A stretch of DNA of 64,000 nt from an uncultured Ignavibacteriales bacterium (GTDB lineage Bacteria > Zixibacteria > MSB-5A5 > GN15 > JAAZOE01): contig CAZSYD010000010.1 of assembly GCA_964611355.1 (NCBI GenBank), forward strand, positions 1 through 64,000, read 5' to 3'. The notes under the pieces were generated by a model, which saw only the letters and a list, made by a program, of their open reading frames with translations, was not told the DNA's origin and ran no database searches. This document shows, piece by piece, positions 48,401 through 55,848 of this stretch. Every line of letters starts with the position of its first letter. The stretch's first letter is position 1. The position numbers and the translations under genes are program-made.

Positions 48401-48491
48401 GTCAGGCCGATGGCAGGATTCGAATGACCTGCAAACGCGGAGAAAGAGTCATACCCGCGAATTGGGCATCTGGGCGGAGATGCACTTCTAA
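42471..48491 (+). CDS. sprA: T9SS translocon SprA/Sov homologue
   Basis: 2006 aa; FESIFG, GTIGSKI, GNTTLNLP, QGLFG, GVDYNIDY, YVDDFEG, ISEDIDGDG, EQSL, VWIDELRL; C-terminal amphipathic strands ending in Phe. Confidence 0.9.
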   Translation: MNKLMILRRVTFYIALLIPVGVVCLMPLAEAAPPQFHTTMDFRFTQLSSFPGLEPGFIISITPEEYVSFAKYDVRRDYEYFFDYPEYSITFARRIKEDLKLIQVTNDIGAFQGRRLELKQQEMEFDINKRSLVREQRKKAGGLFQITIPIPSRAFESIFGEGGAGLKVTGYRRITFSGRSTWNDQKQTAFHRQSKFPSLDMEQVYRFDITGTIGSKITVQVSQDSRNDLPLANRLILRYRGGEDDVLQTVEAGNTTLNLPSTQFLKYSTMVQGLFGFKVTAQIADLAVTTIVSQEKGTTESVEVNAGTSSASTKVVRDIEYKKRTVFDLGRLPLYRARSDALTEDTVYDFLPGYDSIVSAIIYVDDMPTDQSIRASRPAGVCYIDPDDPNTDDSIYTAIGNFVEVDPTDYYVNPTGFYVLFLRPVIHSNDVLAVYLEVSRERGGSTYIDTIGDITTLQDTLILKLIKPTSHTRVNHHVWEYEWRNVYWLGGSNLDLADLEVEIYKGSPIGGNRVDPDDPNNQDGVKYLQIFGLDQYNESNQRIPDGKIDRNLGLIDPTLGLLYFPDRHPFDSPLAFDSTEDSEPIFLKDSVPEIYVSTNQSTISQSSEYYLAIISRQRGASTISLNSTNIIEGSEVITYGNTRLTKGVDYNIDYNFGSLTLLKDEYTDINSNLSIMFERAPFFSLSKKTLLGTRLLYEPHRDFRIGTTILYKSDKSTNRKPKIGEETSKILVGDVDFNYRFESGLITRLADAIPFVSATSTSNVHIAGEAAQSRPNPNVDGQVYVDDFEGAKDSYSLGIKRTIWRKCSRPVAVEDTLSERARIGWHNPIDAYSVREIWNRDEGGADIANVLRVLFQPVDFRRTKNYADSTIDSIPGTLPPENSWNGFMRNIPDGVVSQLVNAQLLEMRLRGDVGIMHIDLGMISEDIDGDGLIDTEDRDGFHTLEDDEDIGLDGFPNSLEFGYDPENGVYDPAGDDFDPDNIWKINGTEGNADDPDGGYQPDTEDPHPYNGLNRMDSYFSYKVDLSDNRFEVARNDSNWKTIRIPLRGDLALDTIIGQAYWNEIKYARIWFDSASAAYLDPNEPIEVEIASLELISTTWADSFFVADTLRSGPVSFDVAIINTEVDRERYSPPPGVEGYYDPARDIVEKEQSLLLTFENLNSQVVVDDPPGLASDTGLAVRKLFQAANYMGYGKIEAFVHSNVSKDDSVRFFFRVGTDKNAYYEYRTVLDSGPTTWNPENYVMIDFDEITALKDKLLDLRKREDVDSLVIQDGKYLVKISSNGRDPTLTKIKYFAMGVVNLNKSKKASGEVWIDELRLTDVRNNVGMAARISVGGNMSDLLTYNLNYSTQDAYYRGVGVTTRGGATNNLGSGQTRKNYSFSGSVRLEKFFPRSLEMSMPVSVNWSQNVQKPLLRSGTDITIPDELRDIETSVSINKGIRISESFRKKTRNILFTLLLNQLKTSFNYSTSRGHSPSRPSYFSERYNANGNYQMNLPKAPSIRPLKWMGLFKAPFGLPETQLYLTPNRLSMTGTLTGSYSRSLNDIGSNPSSSDRFFRGGMNVGFKVFDNLNGTYAYNTSRDLKDPNLINITINPKKFKLGVEQSYDQSFRVSYAPKIFNFLTHSADYSARYGDQYRVNRDSVFYHSASLSTNGNFSFAFKHKYLFGTNKRRGLGGIRKEEKSKSFFRGFYAITITGVRYITDAIKPVSVKYSRGKNTTYPSLCDKASMKFRFGLTEDPGVEQLKTSTGIVRKSKWTSDSWSGSSGVSLFYGISADLSYTRKTRETFDAYPTKTIDETWPSIKFNLRSIKGLWILGGIMNALSPSSGYTRSTSTKQRTNAAYLSEKREREAFAPLISFSIRPVRAIQTSARYETNTSTSTNFNEGTGEVRTQTRNTSKSISFSSSCNFRKPTGIKIPILGRIKFESTMSISVNVSYQKTRGESANAASNYEFKRTSEKTNLNIRPSASYSFSSTVKGGLSGRWQDSNDLQTRRKSHTRELGIWAEMHF

Positions 48492-48504
48492 GGCAAAAAA
48501 TCGT

Positions 48505-48532
48505 TTGACAATCGACGGCAGCGAAATAACTT
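48505..48532 (+). promoter_or_regulatory. Sigma70-type promoter of the M28-selA-selB unit (leaderless geometry)
   Basis: TTGACA-N16-TAACTT, then 6 nt to ATG. Confidence 0.55.
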
Positions 48533-48538
48533 GGAAGC

Positions 48539-49465
48539 ATGAATAGAAATCCTTGCAGTATTTTGTCATATTTGTCGCTGATTTTGCCGGCGGCGTTTAT
48601 GGCTGCTTTTTGCCTGTCGTGTGAACCGGAGATAATCAAACCACGTTTTGACGGCCAACGGGCTTTCGATTTTCTAGAAACGCAGGTTGCGTTGGGGCCG
48701 CGCAATCCCGGTTCCCACGGGTGGCATGCGTTCCAGGGGTTGCTCTCGGCTCATCTGGATTCACTCGGTATTAAATATCTAACCCAGCCGTTTGATTACC
48801 ATGATTACCTGACCGATGATACCCTCCATCTCGTAAACTGGATTGCCCACATCAGCCCGGAAACGAATCACCGGATATTGATTTCTGCTCATTACGATTC
48901 CCGGCCCCGTGCAGAGTATGATCCCGATACCAGTCGGCGCGAAGAACCTATCCCGGGCGCCAACGACGGCGCCTCCGGCGTGGCCGTCCTGATGCATCTT
49001 GCCGAACTTATGGCCTCCGCGCCGCCCCGTATCGGCGTTGATCTGATATTTTTTGACGGCGAGGATTACGGCCCGCCGGGAAGAATTGATCAATACCTGC
49101 TGGGTTCCTCGTACTTCGCCTCTCACCATGAACGGGAATACCGCTTCGGGATTCTGCTCGACATGATCGGCGACAGCGACCTGGCTATTTACCGAGAAAG
49201 GTTTTCACAGGAGCGAGCCAGGGAGATCAATGACAAAATATGGGAAGCAGCGGGTCGTTTGGGAGTTACGGCGTTTATTGACAGCGTCAAGCACGGCGTA
49301 ATTGATGATCACCTGTCATTGATGGCGGCGGGAATACCCGCGGTTGATGTAATCGATTTTGACTATCCGTACTGGCACACCCAGGCGGATACCCCCGACA
49401 AATGCAGCGCGGTTTCACTGGAAGCAGTCGGCCGTGTGATGGTAGAAGTCATCTATGACGAATAA
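48539..49465 (+). CDS. M28-family lipoprotein, glutaminyl-cyclase-like
   Basis: Lipobox CLSC; AHYDSR, GANDGASG, DGEDYG, LDMIG, DDHL, WHT..D. Confidence 0.82.
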   Translation: MNRNPCSILSYLSLILPAAFMAAFCLSCEPEIIKPRFDGQRAFDFLETQVALGPRNPGSHGWHAFQGLLSAHLDSLGIKYLTQPFDYHDYLTDDTLHLVNWIAHISPETNHRILISAHYDSRPRAEYDPDTSRREEPIPGANDGASGVAVLMHLAELMASAPPRIGVDLIFFDGEDYGPPGRIDQYLLGSSYFASHHEREYRFGILLDMIGDSDLAIYRERFSQERAREINDKIWEAAGRLGVTAFIDSVKHGVIDDHLSLMAAGIPAVDVIDFDYPYWHTQADTPDKCSAVSLEAVGRVMVEVIYDE

Positions 49466-50837
49466 AAACTCAAAGCAATTCCAATCGCTGCGTGATTTTC
49501 CGTCGGTCGAAATATTAATCGCACGTAAGACACTGGCACCGTATATCAAAGACCTGACGCGACCGATTGTCGTGCAGACAGTCAGGGAAATTATCGGTAA
49601 GCTGAAAAACAGGTTTAAGTCAGGTGAAAAGACACTGACCGAAAACAACCTGATCGCTGCTGTTAAGGATGAACTTGATCGTCTGAAGCAATTAAGGCTC
49701 AAGCCGGTTATAAACGGCTCCGGCATAATTATTCATACCAACTTGGGCCGCGCGCCGCTTTCCGAGAAAATGATCCAAAACTCTCTTGAAGCCGTTACCG
49801 GATACAGTAATCTGGAGTTTGACCTAAGAAAAGGCAAAAGGGGGCGGCGCGGGTTGTTGATCGAACACCTGCTGGCGGTTCTTTGCGAAACCGAAAGCGG
49901 AACCATTGTGAATAATAACGCGGCGGCCGTGTTTATTATTCTCAACAGCCTGGCCGGTCGTAAAGAAGTGATAATTTCGCGCGGCGAACTGATACAGATT
50001 GGAGGCGGCTTCAAGATACCGGAGATTATGGTGAAATCCGGCGTTCGACTGGTCGAAATCGGCACTACCAACAAGACCACCATTGCGGATTACCGCGCGG
50101 CTGTGACTGATCGGACGCGAATGATATTGAAAGTGCATCGGTCCAATTTCACCCAAACCGGTTTTGTTGAAGAGACTTCAATGAGGGAGCTTTCCGTCCT
50201 GTGCCGCGAGCATGATTTGATCCTGACGCATGATCTGGGGTCGGGTCTTGTTTTTTTCCCGCCGAAAGTGGATATAAAAAATGAACCGAGTGTGGCCGAG
50301 TCGGTCCGTTCGGGCGCCGATCTGACCTGTTTTTCCGGGGATAAATTGCTGGGCGGAACGCAGGCCGGATTGATTGCCGGACGCCGCGATTTAATTGCCA
50401 AAATAAAAAAGAATCCGCTTTTCCGAACAATCAGATGCGACAAAATCGTCTTTTCCATGATGGAACAAGTGTTAATGTCATCCCTGAACGGGGCCCAATT
50501 TGATGACCTGCCGATCTGGCGGATGATGACCGCACCCATTACCGATTTGAAAAGAAGGGGCAAAAATATAATATCTGCCTGCGGTGGCTGTGATGTGACC
50601 CTTGAGGCGACACGCGCCTATCCGGGCGGCGGATCGACTCCGACGCAGTCGATACCCTCGCTGGCCGTATCATTGCAATCCCCGGTCAAAGTCAACAGCC
50701 TTGCGGCGCGATTTCGCCTGTATTCGCCGCCGATCATCGGCCGGGTGGAAAACGATAAATTCCTGATTGACCTGCGCGCCGTTCCGCCTGAAAAAGATCA
50801 TATTATCATCAAAGCTATCAATCGTATTTTGGGGTAA
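49455..50837 (+). CDS. selA: L-seryl-tRNA(Sec) selenium transferase
   Basis: VINGSGIIIHTNLGRAPL, VNNNAAA, SRGEL..IGGGF, KVHRSNF, DLGSG, FSGDKLLGG. Confidence 0.97.
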   Translation: MTNKNSKQFQSLRDFPSVEILIARKTLAPYIKDLTRPIVVQTVREIIGKLKNRFKSGEKTLTENNLIAAVKDELDRLKQLRLKPVINGSGIIIHTNLGRAPLSEKMIQNSLEAVTGYSNLEFDLRKGKRGRRGLLIEHLLAVLCETESGTIVNNNAAAVFIILNSLAGRKEVIISRGELIQIGGGFKIPEIMVKSGVRLVEIGTTNKTTIADYRAAVTDRTRMILKVHRSNFTQTGFVEETSMRELSVLCREHDLILTHDLGSGLVFFPPKVDIKNEPSVAESVRSGADLTCFSGDKLLGGTQAGLIAGRRDLIAKIKKNPLFRTIRCDKIVFSMMEQVLMSSLNGAQFDDLPIWRMMTAPITDLKRRGKNIISACGGCDVTLEATRAYPGGGSTPTQSIPSLAVSLQSPVKVNSLAARFRLYSPPIIGRVENDKFLIDLRAVPPEKDHIIIKAINRILG

Positions 50838-50839
50838 GC

Positions 50840-52738
50840 ATGTTCGTTCTGGGGACAGCCGGGCATATTGACCACGGCAAATCGTCTCTTATAAAGGCGA
50901 TGACCGGCATCGACCCTGACCGTCTGCCGGAAGAAACCGAACGCGGGATGACCATCGATATAGGCTTCGCCTGGCTGCGGCTCCCTGACGGCCGGGAAAT
51001 CGGGATAATCGACGTACCCGGCCATGAAAGATTTATCCGCAATATGGTGGCCGGCGCCGGCGGCGTCAATGCCGCTATGCTGGTGGTGGCTGCCGACGAT
51101 GGTTGGATGCCGCAAACCCGGGAACATCTCGATATTTTGAACATGCTTGATGTCCGCTACGGTTTGGTTGCTATAACCAAGGTCGATCTGGTCGAATCCG
51201 ACTGGCTGGAACTGGTTGAGTCTGACGTGAAATCAAAGCTGGCCGGCACGTTTCTGGCCGATGCGCCGATCGTGCCGGTGTCGTCAGTTACCGGTGAAGG
51301 CATAGATAATGTTATTGAAGCGATCGCCGGGATTTCAAATAAACTTCCGACCGTGAAAGATATCGGTAAATCGCGCCTGTTTGTTGATCGCGCTTTTGTC
51401 CTGACCGGCATCGGTGTTGTGGTTACCGGAACCAGCCGTGGGGGTGGTTTTTCCGCCGATGCCGATATCTTTCATTTTCCTTCCGGTAAAAAAATAAAGA
51501 TTCGCGCCATGCAATCTCATGGTCGCAAAGTTGACAGGGTCGGGGCGGGATATCGCGTGGCGATCAATCTTTCAGGGATCGCTCGTGATGAAATACGGCG
51601 CGGTGATGTTGTCACCGGCTTTCGCTACGACGAACGTCCATCATATTTTGCCGTTCACATAAAAAACCTGCACAACTCCACAATTACGCTTAAAGAAGGC
51701 CGAAAGCTTCTTCTTATCCTCGGCACCACCGAAACCGAGGCAATAATTCGTCCCTTTAATAGTGACGGCGTCGCCCCGGGCGAAACAGGGCTGGCGATTT
51801 TGAAGGCGACCGAACCGTTGGCCGCCTTCATAAAGGACAGGTTTATTCTGCGCTTGCCGACACCGCAGGTAACCGTTGGCGGGGGTCAAATTCTCGATAT
51901 TCTCAATCATTATCCCAGGCGCAAAAACCTGCCTCTACTGAATGATTATCTTAAAGCCCGTATCAACGGCGATTTGAAAACCGTTCTGCTTAATGAGCTT
52001 GACAAACGGATTTTCAATCCGTCAGCCTCATTTCTGGCTTATTCCAATTTTTCGACTGAAAGTATAAAGACCGCGGTTTCTTCGCTTATTGATGAAAACC
52101 AGGTTATTCGATACGGCGATTACCTGGCTGCATCAGGCAAGGTTGATGAAATCTTCGCGCGCATAAAAGCAGAGCTTGGAAAGGTACATGAAAAGAACTC
52201 GTACCTGCCCGGTCTTACAGGAGACGAACTGGCTCGGCTTACCGGGCATCCGGTCGATGAACAGTTTAACCTGTTGCTTCGCTATCTGGAGCAAAACGAT
52301 GATTTGAGCAGGTCCCGACAATTTTTTCATCTGCCGGGTTTTAAGCCTGAACTCGACGAGAAAATGCAAAATGAAGCGGACGGCATCGTTGCCCGGGCCC
52401 GACAGGCGGGGCATAATTACCTGACCTTTGGCGAAATCGAAACCTCTTTCCCCGAAAGCAGGAACACGCTGAATTTCCTTCGCGATTCGGACCGACTCAA
52501 ATCCATCGGTAATCAATTTATCACGACCGACAATATCTGGAATGATATTGTCTCGTACATTGAAGAGAAACTGGAAGGCGACGGTCAACTGACCGTGGCC
52601 GAATTTCGCGACCGGTTCGGCAACAGCCGGAAATATGCTCTGCCGGTGCTGGAATATCTCGACAGTCTCAAAATCACGCACCGCGAAGACGACGTCAGGG
52701 TTAAGGGAAGCCGATTCGGTGAACGCCATTCTTTATAA
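50840..52738 (+). CDS. selB: Selenocysteine-specific elongation factor
   Basis: GTAGHIDHGKS, RGMTIDIGFA, DVPGHE; C-terminal SRKYALPVLEYLD SECIS-binding winged helix. Confidence 0.97.
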   Translation: MFVLGTAGHIDHGKSSLIKAMTGIDPDRLPEETERGMTIDIGFAWLRLPDGREIGIIDVPGHERFIRNMVAGAGGVNAAMLVVAADDGWMPQTREHLDILNMLDVRYGLVAITKVDLVESDWLELVESDVKSKLAGTFLADAPIVPVSSVTGEGIDNVIEAIAGISNKLPTVKDIGKSRLFVDRAFVLTGIGVVVTGTSRGGGFSADADIFHFPSGKKIKIRAMQSHGRKVDRVGAGYRVAINLSGIARDEIRRGDVVTGFRYDERPSYFAVHIKNLHNSTITLKEGRKLLLILGTTETEAIIRPFNSDGVAPGETGLAILKATEPLAAFIKDRFILRLPTPQVTVGGGQILDILNHYPRRKNLPLLNDYLKARINGDLKTVLLNELDKRIFNPSASFLAYSNFSTESIKTAVSSLIDENQVIRYGDYLAASGKVDEIFARIKAELGKVHEKNSYLPGLTGDELARLTGHPVDEQFNLLLRYLEQNDDLSRSRQFFHLPGFKPELDEKMQNEADGIVARARQAGHNYLTFGEIETSFPESRNTLNFLRDSDRLKSIGNQFITTDNIWNDIVSYIEEKLEGDGQLTVAEFRDRFGNSRKYALPVLEYLDSLKITHREDDVRVKGSRFGERHSL

Positions 52739-54302
52739 CGGAATCGTTTATCCCGGGTACCGAACATACAAACGCCCGTCGGCGGTTGTCATTGGCGGCA
52801 ATAAAATTGCCGCTCTGGGCAGGGATTTACCTTACCTGAAACAACAATTCTCCGGGTACCGCCTTATCGATCTCAAAGGGCGTGTTGTTTTGCCCGGTTT
52901 TGTGGACAGTCATACTCATTTCTATTTCTGGGCAACAACGCTGGATACCATGCATCTGGAAAAAACGGCCACATTTGGCAAAGCATTGGTTAAAATCGAG
53001 AAATTTACGCGCAAATGTCCTTTGGATGAATGGATAGTCGGCGACGGCTGGTCGCCTGATCGATGGGATGAATATCATCTGCCGACCGCGTTTGAGCTGG
53101 ACAGGGTTACCGGCGGCAGACCGGCCGCTCTTTTCAGCAAAGACCAGCATATGCTCTGGGTCAATTCACGCGCTCTGCAAATGGCCGGGATTGACAGGCA
53201 TTACCGCGAACCTGAAGGAGGATCGGTTGATCGCGATCCGGCTACCGGCGAGCCGACCGGTATCCTGCGCGAAGTACCCGGTTATATGCCGGTGATTAAC
53301 CTGTTCAGCAAACCCGAAACGGAGAAAGTCGCGAAGGCATGGAAAAAGGCCGCCCGTATTGCTTATAGTCGCGGCGTAACCGGGTTTCACTCGGTCGATG
53401 CTCCCGAAGCGTGGGAATTTTTTGCGAGCAGGCATAAAGCGCACAAACTTGGTTTCCGGGTTCATTATTATTTCCCGGTTAACATGCTTGATGAACTGAT
53501 TGAGCGGAAGTTCTATTCCGGAATGGGAGACGATACTCTCCGGGTCGGCGGAGTGAAAATTTTCGCCGACGGTTCCCTCGGATCGCGAACGGCGTTTCTT
53601 AAAAAACCTTACCTGAAGGACAGCAAAAACTATGGCATTGAAGTAACCGGCTTGAAAGATTTGATATCTCAAACAGGCCGAGCTTCGCAAAACAACCTGG
53701 CCTGCGCAATTCACGCCATCGGCGACCGGGCGGTGGCCAATGTCATTACCGCTTTTGAAGGGGCAGGCGGAGGAAAGAGTTTGCGGCATCGTATCGAACA
53801 TCTCCAGCTTATAGATCGCAAAGATATTTCCCGTCTTAAAAAAATCGGCGCAGTCGCCTCGATGCAGCCGAGTCACTGTCCCTCGGATCGAAAGCCGGTT
53901 GATGCTTATTGGGGGAAACGGGGTCGCAACGCCTATATTTTCAAGACCCTTTTAAGACAACAAATCCCGCTTGCTTTCGGGTCGGACTGTCCGATAGAGC
54001 CGCTCGATCCGCTGGGCGGCATACACGCGGCCGTCAACCGGAACGGTTTTGGCGAACGGGGCGGGCGCTTTTATCCGGAAGAAAAGATAACTGTGTCGCA
54101 GGCCGTACATGGCTTTACCGCCGGTTCGGCATATGCCGCCGGAAGAGAAAGATTTTCAGGTAAAATCGCTCCGGGTTACCAAGCCGACCTGGTTATCCTT
54201 GACGATAATATTTATACTATGCCGTTGTCGCAGATATATAAAGCCCGCGTAGCGGCCACCATCTTTGACGGCAAAGTGATTTACCGCGGCAGTTCTTTCT
54301 AA
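52719..54302 (+). CDS. Amidohydrolase 3 (YtcJ-like)
   Basis: PGFVDSHTH, KIFADGSLGSRTA, HAIGDRA, RHRIEH, FGSDCP, ADLVILD; GTG 52719 overlaps the selB end. Confidence 0.9.
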   Translation: MNAILYNGIVYPGYRTYKRPSAVVIGGNKIAALGRDLPYLKQQFSGYRLIDLKGRVVLPGFVDSHTHFYFWATTLDTMHLEKTATFGKALVKIEKFTRKCPLDEWIVGDGWSPDRWDEYHLPTAFELDRVTGGRPAALFSKDQHMLWVNSRALQMAGIDRHYREPEGGSVDRDPATGEPTGILREVPGYMPVINLFSKPETEKVAKAWKKAARIAYSRGVTGFHSVDAPEAWEFFASRHKAHKLGFRVHYYFPVNMLDELIERKFYSGMGDDTLRVGGVKIFADGSLGSRTAFLKKPYLKDSKNYGIEVTGLKDLISQTGRASQNNLACAIHAIGDRAVANVITAFEGAGGGKSLRHRIEHLQLIDRKDISRLKKIGAVASMQPSHCPSDRKPVDAYWGKRGRNAYIFKTLLRQQIPLAFGSDCPIEPLDPLGGIHAAVNRNGFGERGGRFYPEEKITVSQAVHGFTAGSAYAAGRERFSGKIAPGYQADLVILDDNIYTMPLSQIYKARVAATIFDGKVIYRGSSF

Positions 54303-54440
54303 ACCTGACAGGCAATCCGCAAACCAAAACATGCCTCATGTCTTTGCCTGAACGACAACAAATTAAGAATATTCGCCAATTTCCTTATCAAATCTCTCTT
54401 TTGTCCGATATCTGAGTGGAAATTACACGCTTTTTTTACT

Positions 54441-54469
54441 TTGATTTTGATTTTCCTTAGACCTAATTT
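54441..54469 (+). promoter_or_regulatory. Possible sigma70 promoter of glnA
   Basis: TTGATT-N17-TAATTT. Confidence 0.4.
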
Positions 54470-54498
54470 AAAAGCTTATTAGCAGATCGCATCAAGGA

Positions 54499-55830
54499 GT
54501 GGAAATGGTAAAAACAAAGGAAGAAATCCTCGACCGTATCGACAGCGCCGGCGTGAAGTTTATCAGGCTTTGTTTCACCGATATTCTCGGACGTTTGAAA
54601 GGGATGGCCCTGACCCGTCCTGAGATAGAGGAAGTGCTGGAATACGGCCAGGGATTTGACGGTTCTTCGATTGAAGGTTTCGTTCGAATCGAGGAATCGG
54701 ATTTGATGGCGGTGCCCGATCCCCGGACTTTCCGGATTTTCCCCTGGCTGGTCGGTGGCGAAAAGGTAGCCATGATGTTCTGCGATATTGAAACGCCACA
54801 GGGCGAGCCTTATGCCGGTGATCCGCGGTACGTCCTGCGCCGGGCTCTGGATAAGATTAATGAGAAACGCTGGACTTTTTATACCGGACCTGAAATCGAA
54901 TATTTTTACTTCAAAGATGAAAAGAATCCGCAAATTCTGGATCGAGGCGGGTATTTCGATTATGCTACCGCTGACATCGGCACCACTCTTCGCAAAAAAA
55001 CGGTAAGGGCGCTGGAAGAGATCGGCATTCCGGTGGAATGTTGCCACCACGAAGCAGCGCCTTCGCAGCAGGAAATCGATCTTAAATTTCGGGATGCCCT
55101 GGTGATGGCTGATTTCGCCCAAATATACCGTTTTCTCGTGAAGGAAACGGCTCAGGAAAACGGCTACTATGCGACTTTTATGCCAAAACCCCTGTTTGGC
55201 GAAAACGGCTCCGGTATGCATGTCCATATGTCGATTTTTGAGAATGGCCGGAATCTCTTTTTCGACGGCAAAAATCCTTATCACCTTTCAAAACTTGCGC
55301 AGAATTTTGTAGCCGGGATATTAAATCATATAAAAGAGATTACTCTCGTTACCAATCAGTGGGTCAATTCCTACAAGAGGCTGGTGGCGGGGTACGAAGC
55401 CCCGGTTTATATCTCGTGGGGACGACGCAACCGTTCGTCGCTGGTCAGGGTGCCGATGTATCGGGTCGGCAAGGAAAACTCGACCCGCGTGGAACTCCGC
55501 TCACCCGATCCGGCCTGTAACCCCTATCTTGCCTTCGCTGTTATTCTGGCGGCGGGATTGAAAGGCATCGAAAAAGAGTATGAGCTTCCCGAACCCGTCG
55601 AGGGAAATATCTTCCACATGTTGCCGGAAGAGCGAGAATCATGCGGCATCGAATCGCTCCCCAAAACATTGGAAGAAGCGATACAGGCGACGGAGAATTC
55701 CGAGTTGGTTAGGGAAACCCTCGGTGATCATGTGTTTGAAACGCTTCTGGCCAATAAACGGGTGGAATGGGACGCCTATCGCATCCATGTCAGCGAGTAT
55801 GAAATAGATAAGTATATGTCGATGCTTTAA
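54499..55830 (+). CDS. glnA: Glutamine synthetase type I (short GSI-alpha-like form)
   Basis: FDGSSIEGF, ATFMPKP..NGSGMH, NSYKRLVAGYEAP, ELRSPDPACNPYL; start may be ATG 54505. Confidence 0.95.
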   Translation: MEMVKTKEEILDRIDSAGVKFIRLCFTDILGRLKGMALTRPEIEEVLEYGQGFDGSSIEGFVRIEESDLMAVPDPRTFRIFPWLVGGEKVAMMFCDIETPQGEPYAGDPRYVLRRALDKINEKRWTFYTGPEIEYFYFKDEKNPQILDRGGYFDYATADIGTTLRKKTVRALEEIGIPVECCHHEAAPSQQEIDLKFRDALVMADFAQIYRFLVKETAQENGYYATFMPKPLFGENGSGMHVHMSIFENGRNLFFDGKNPYHLSKLAQNFVAGILNHIKEITLVTNQWVNSYKRLVAGYEAPVYISWGRRNRSSLVRVPMYRVGKENSTRVELRSPDPACNPYLAFAVILAAGLKGIEKEYELPEPVEGNIFHMLPEERESCGIESLPKTLEEAIQATENSELVRETLGDHVFETLLANKRVEWDAYRIHVSEYEIDKYMSML

Positions 55831-55848
55831 GCCTTAACCCGTCACAGG

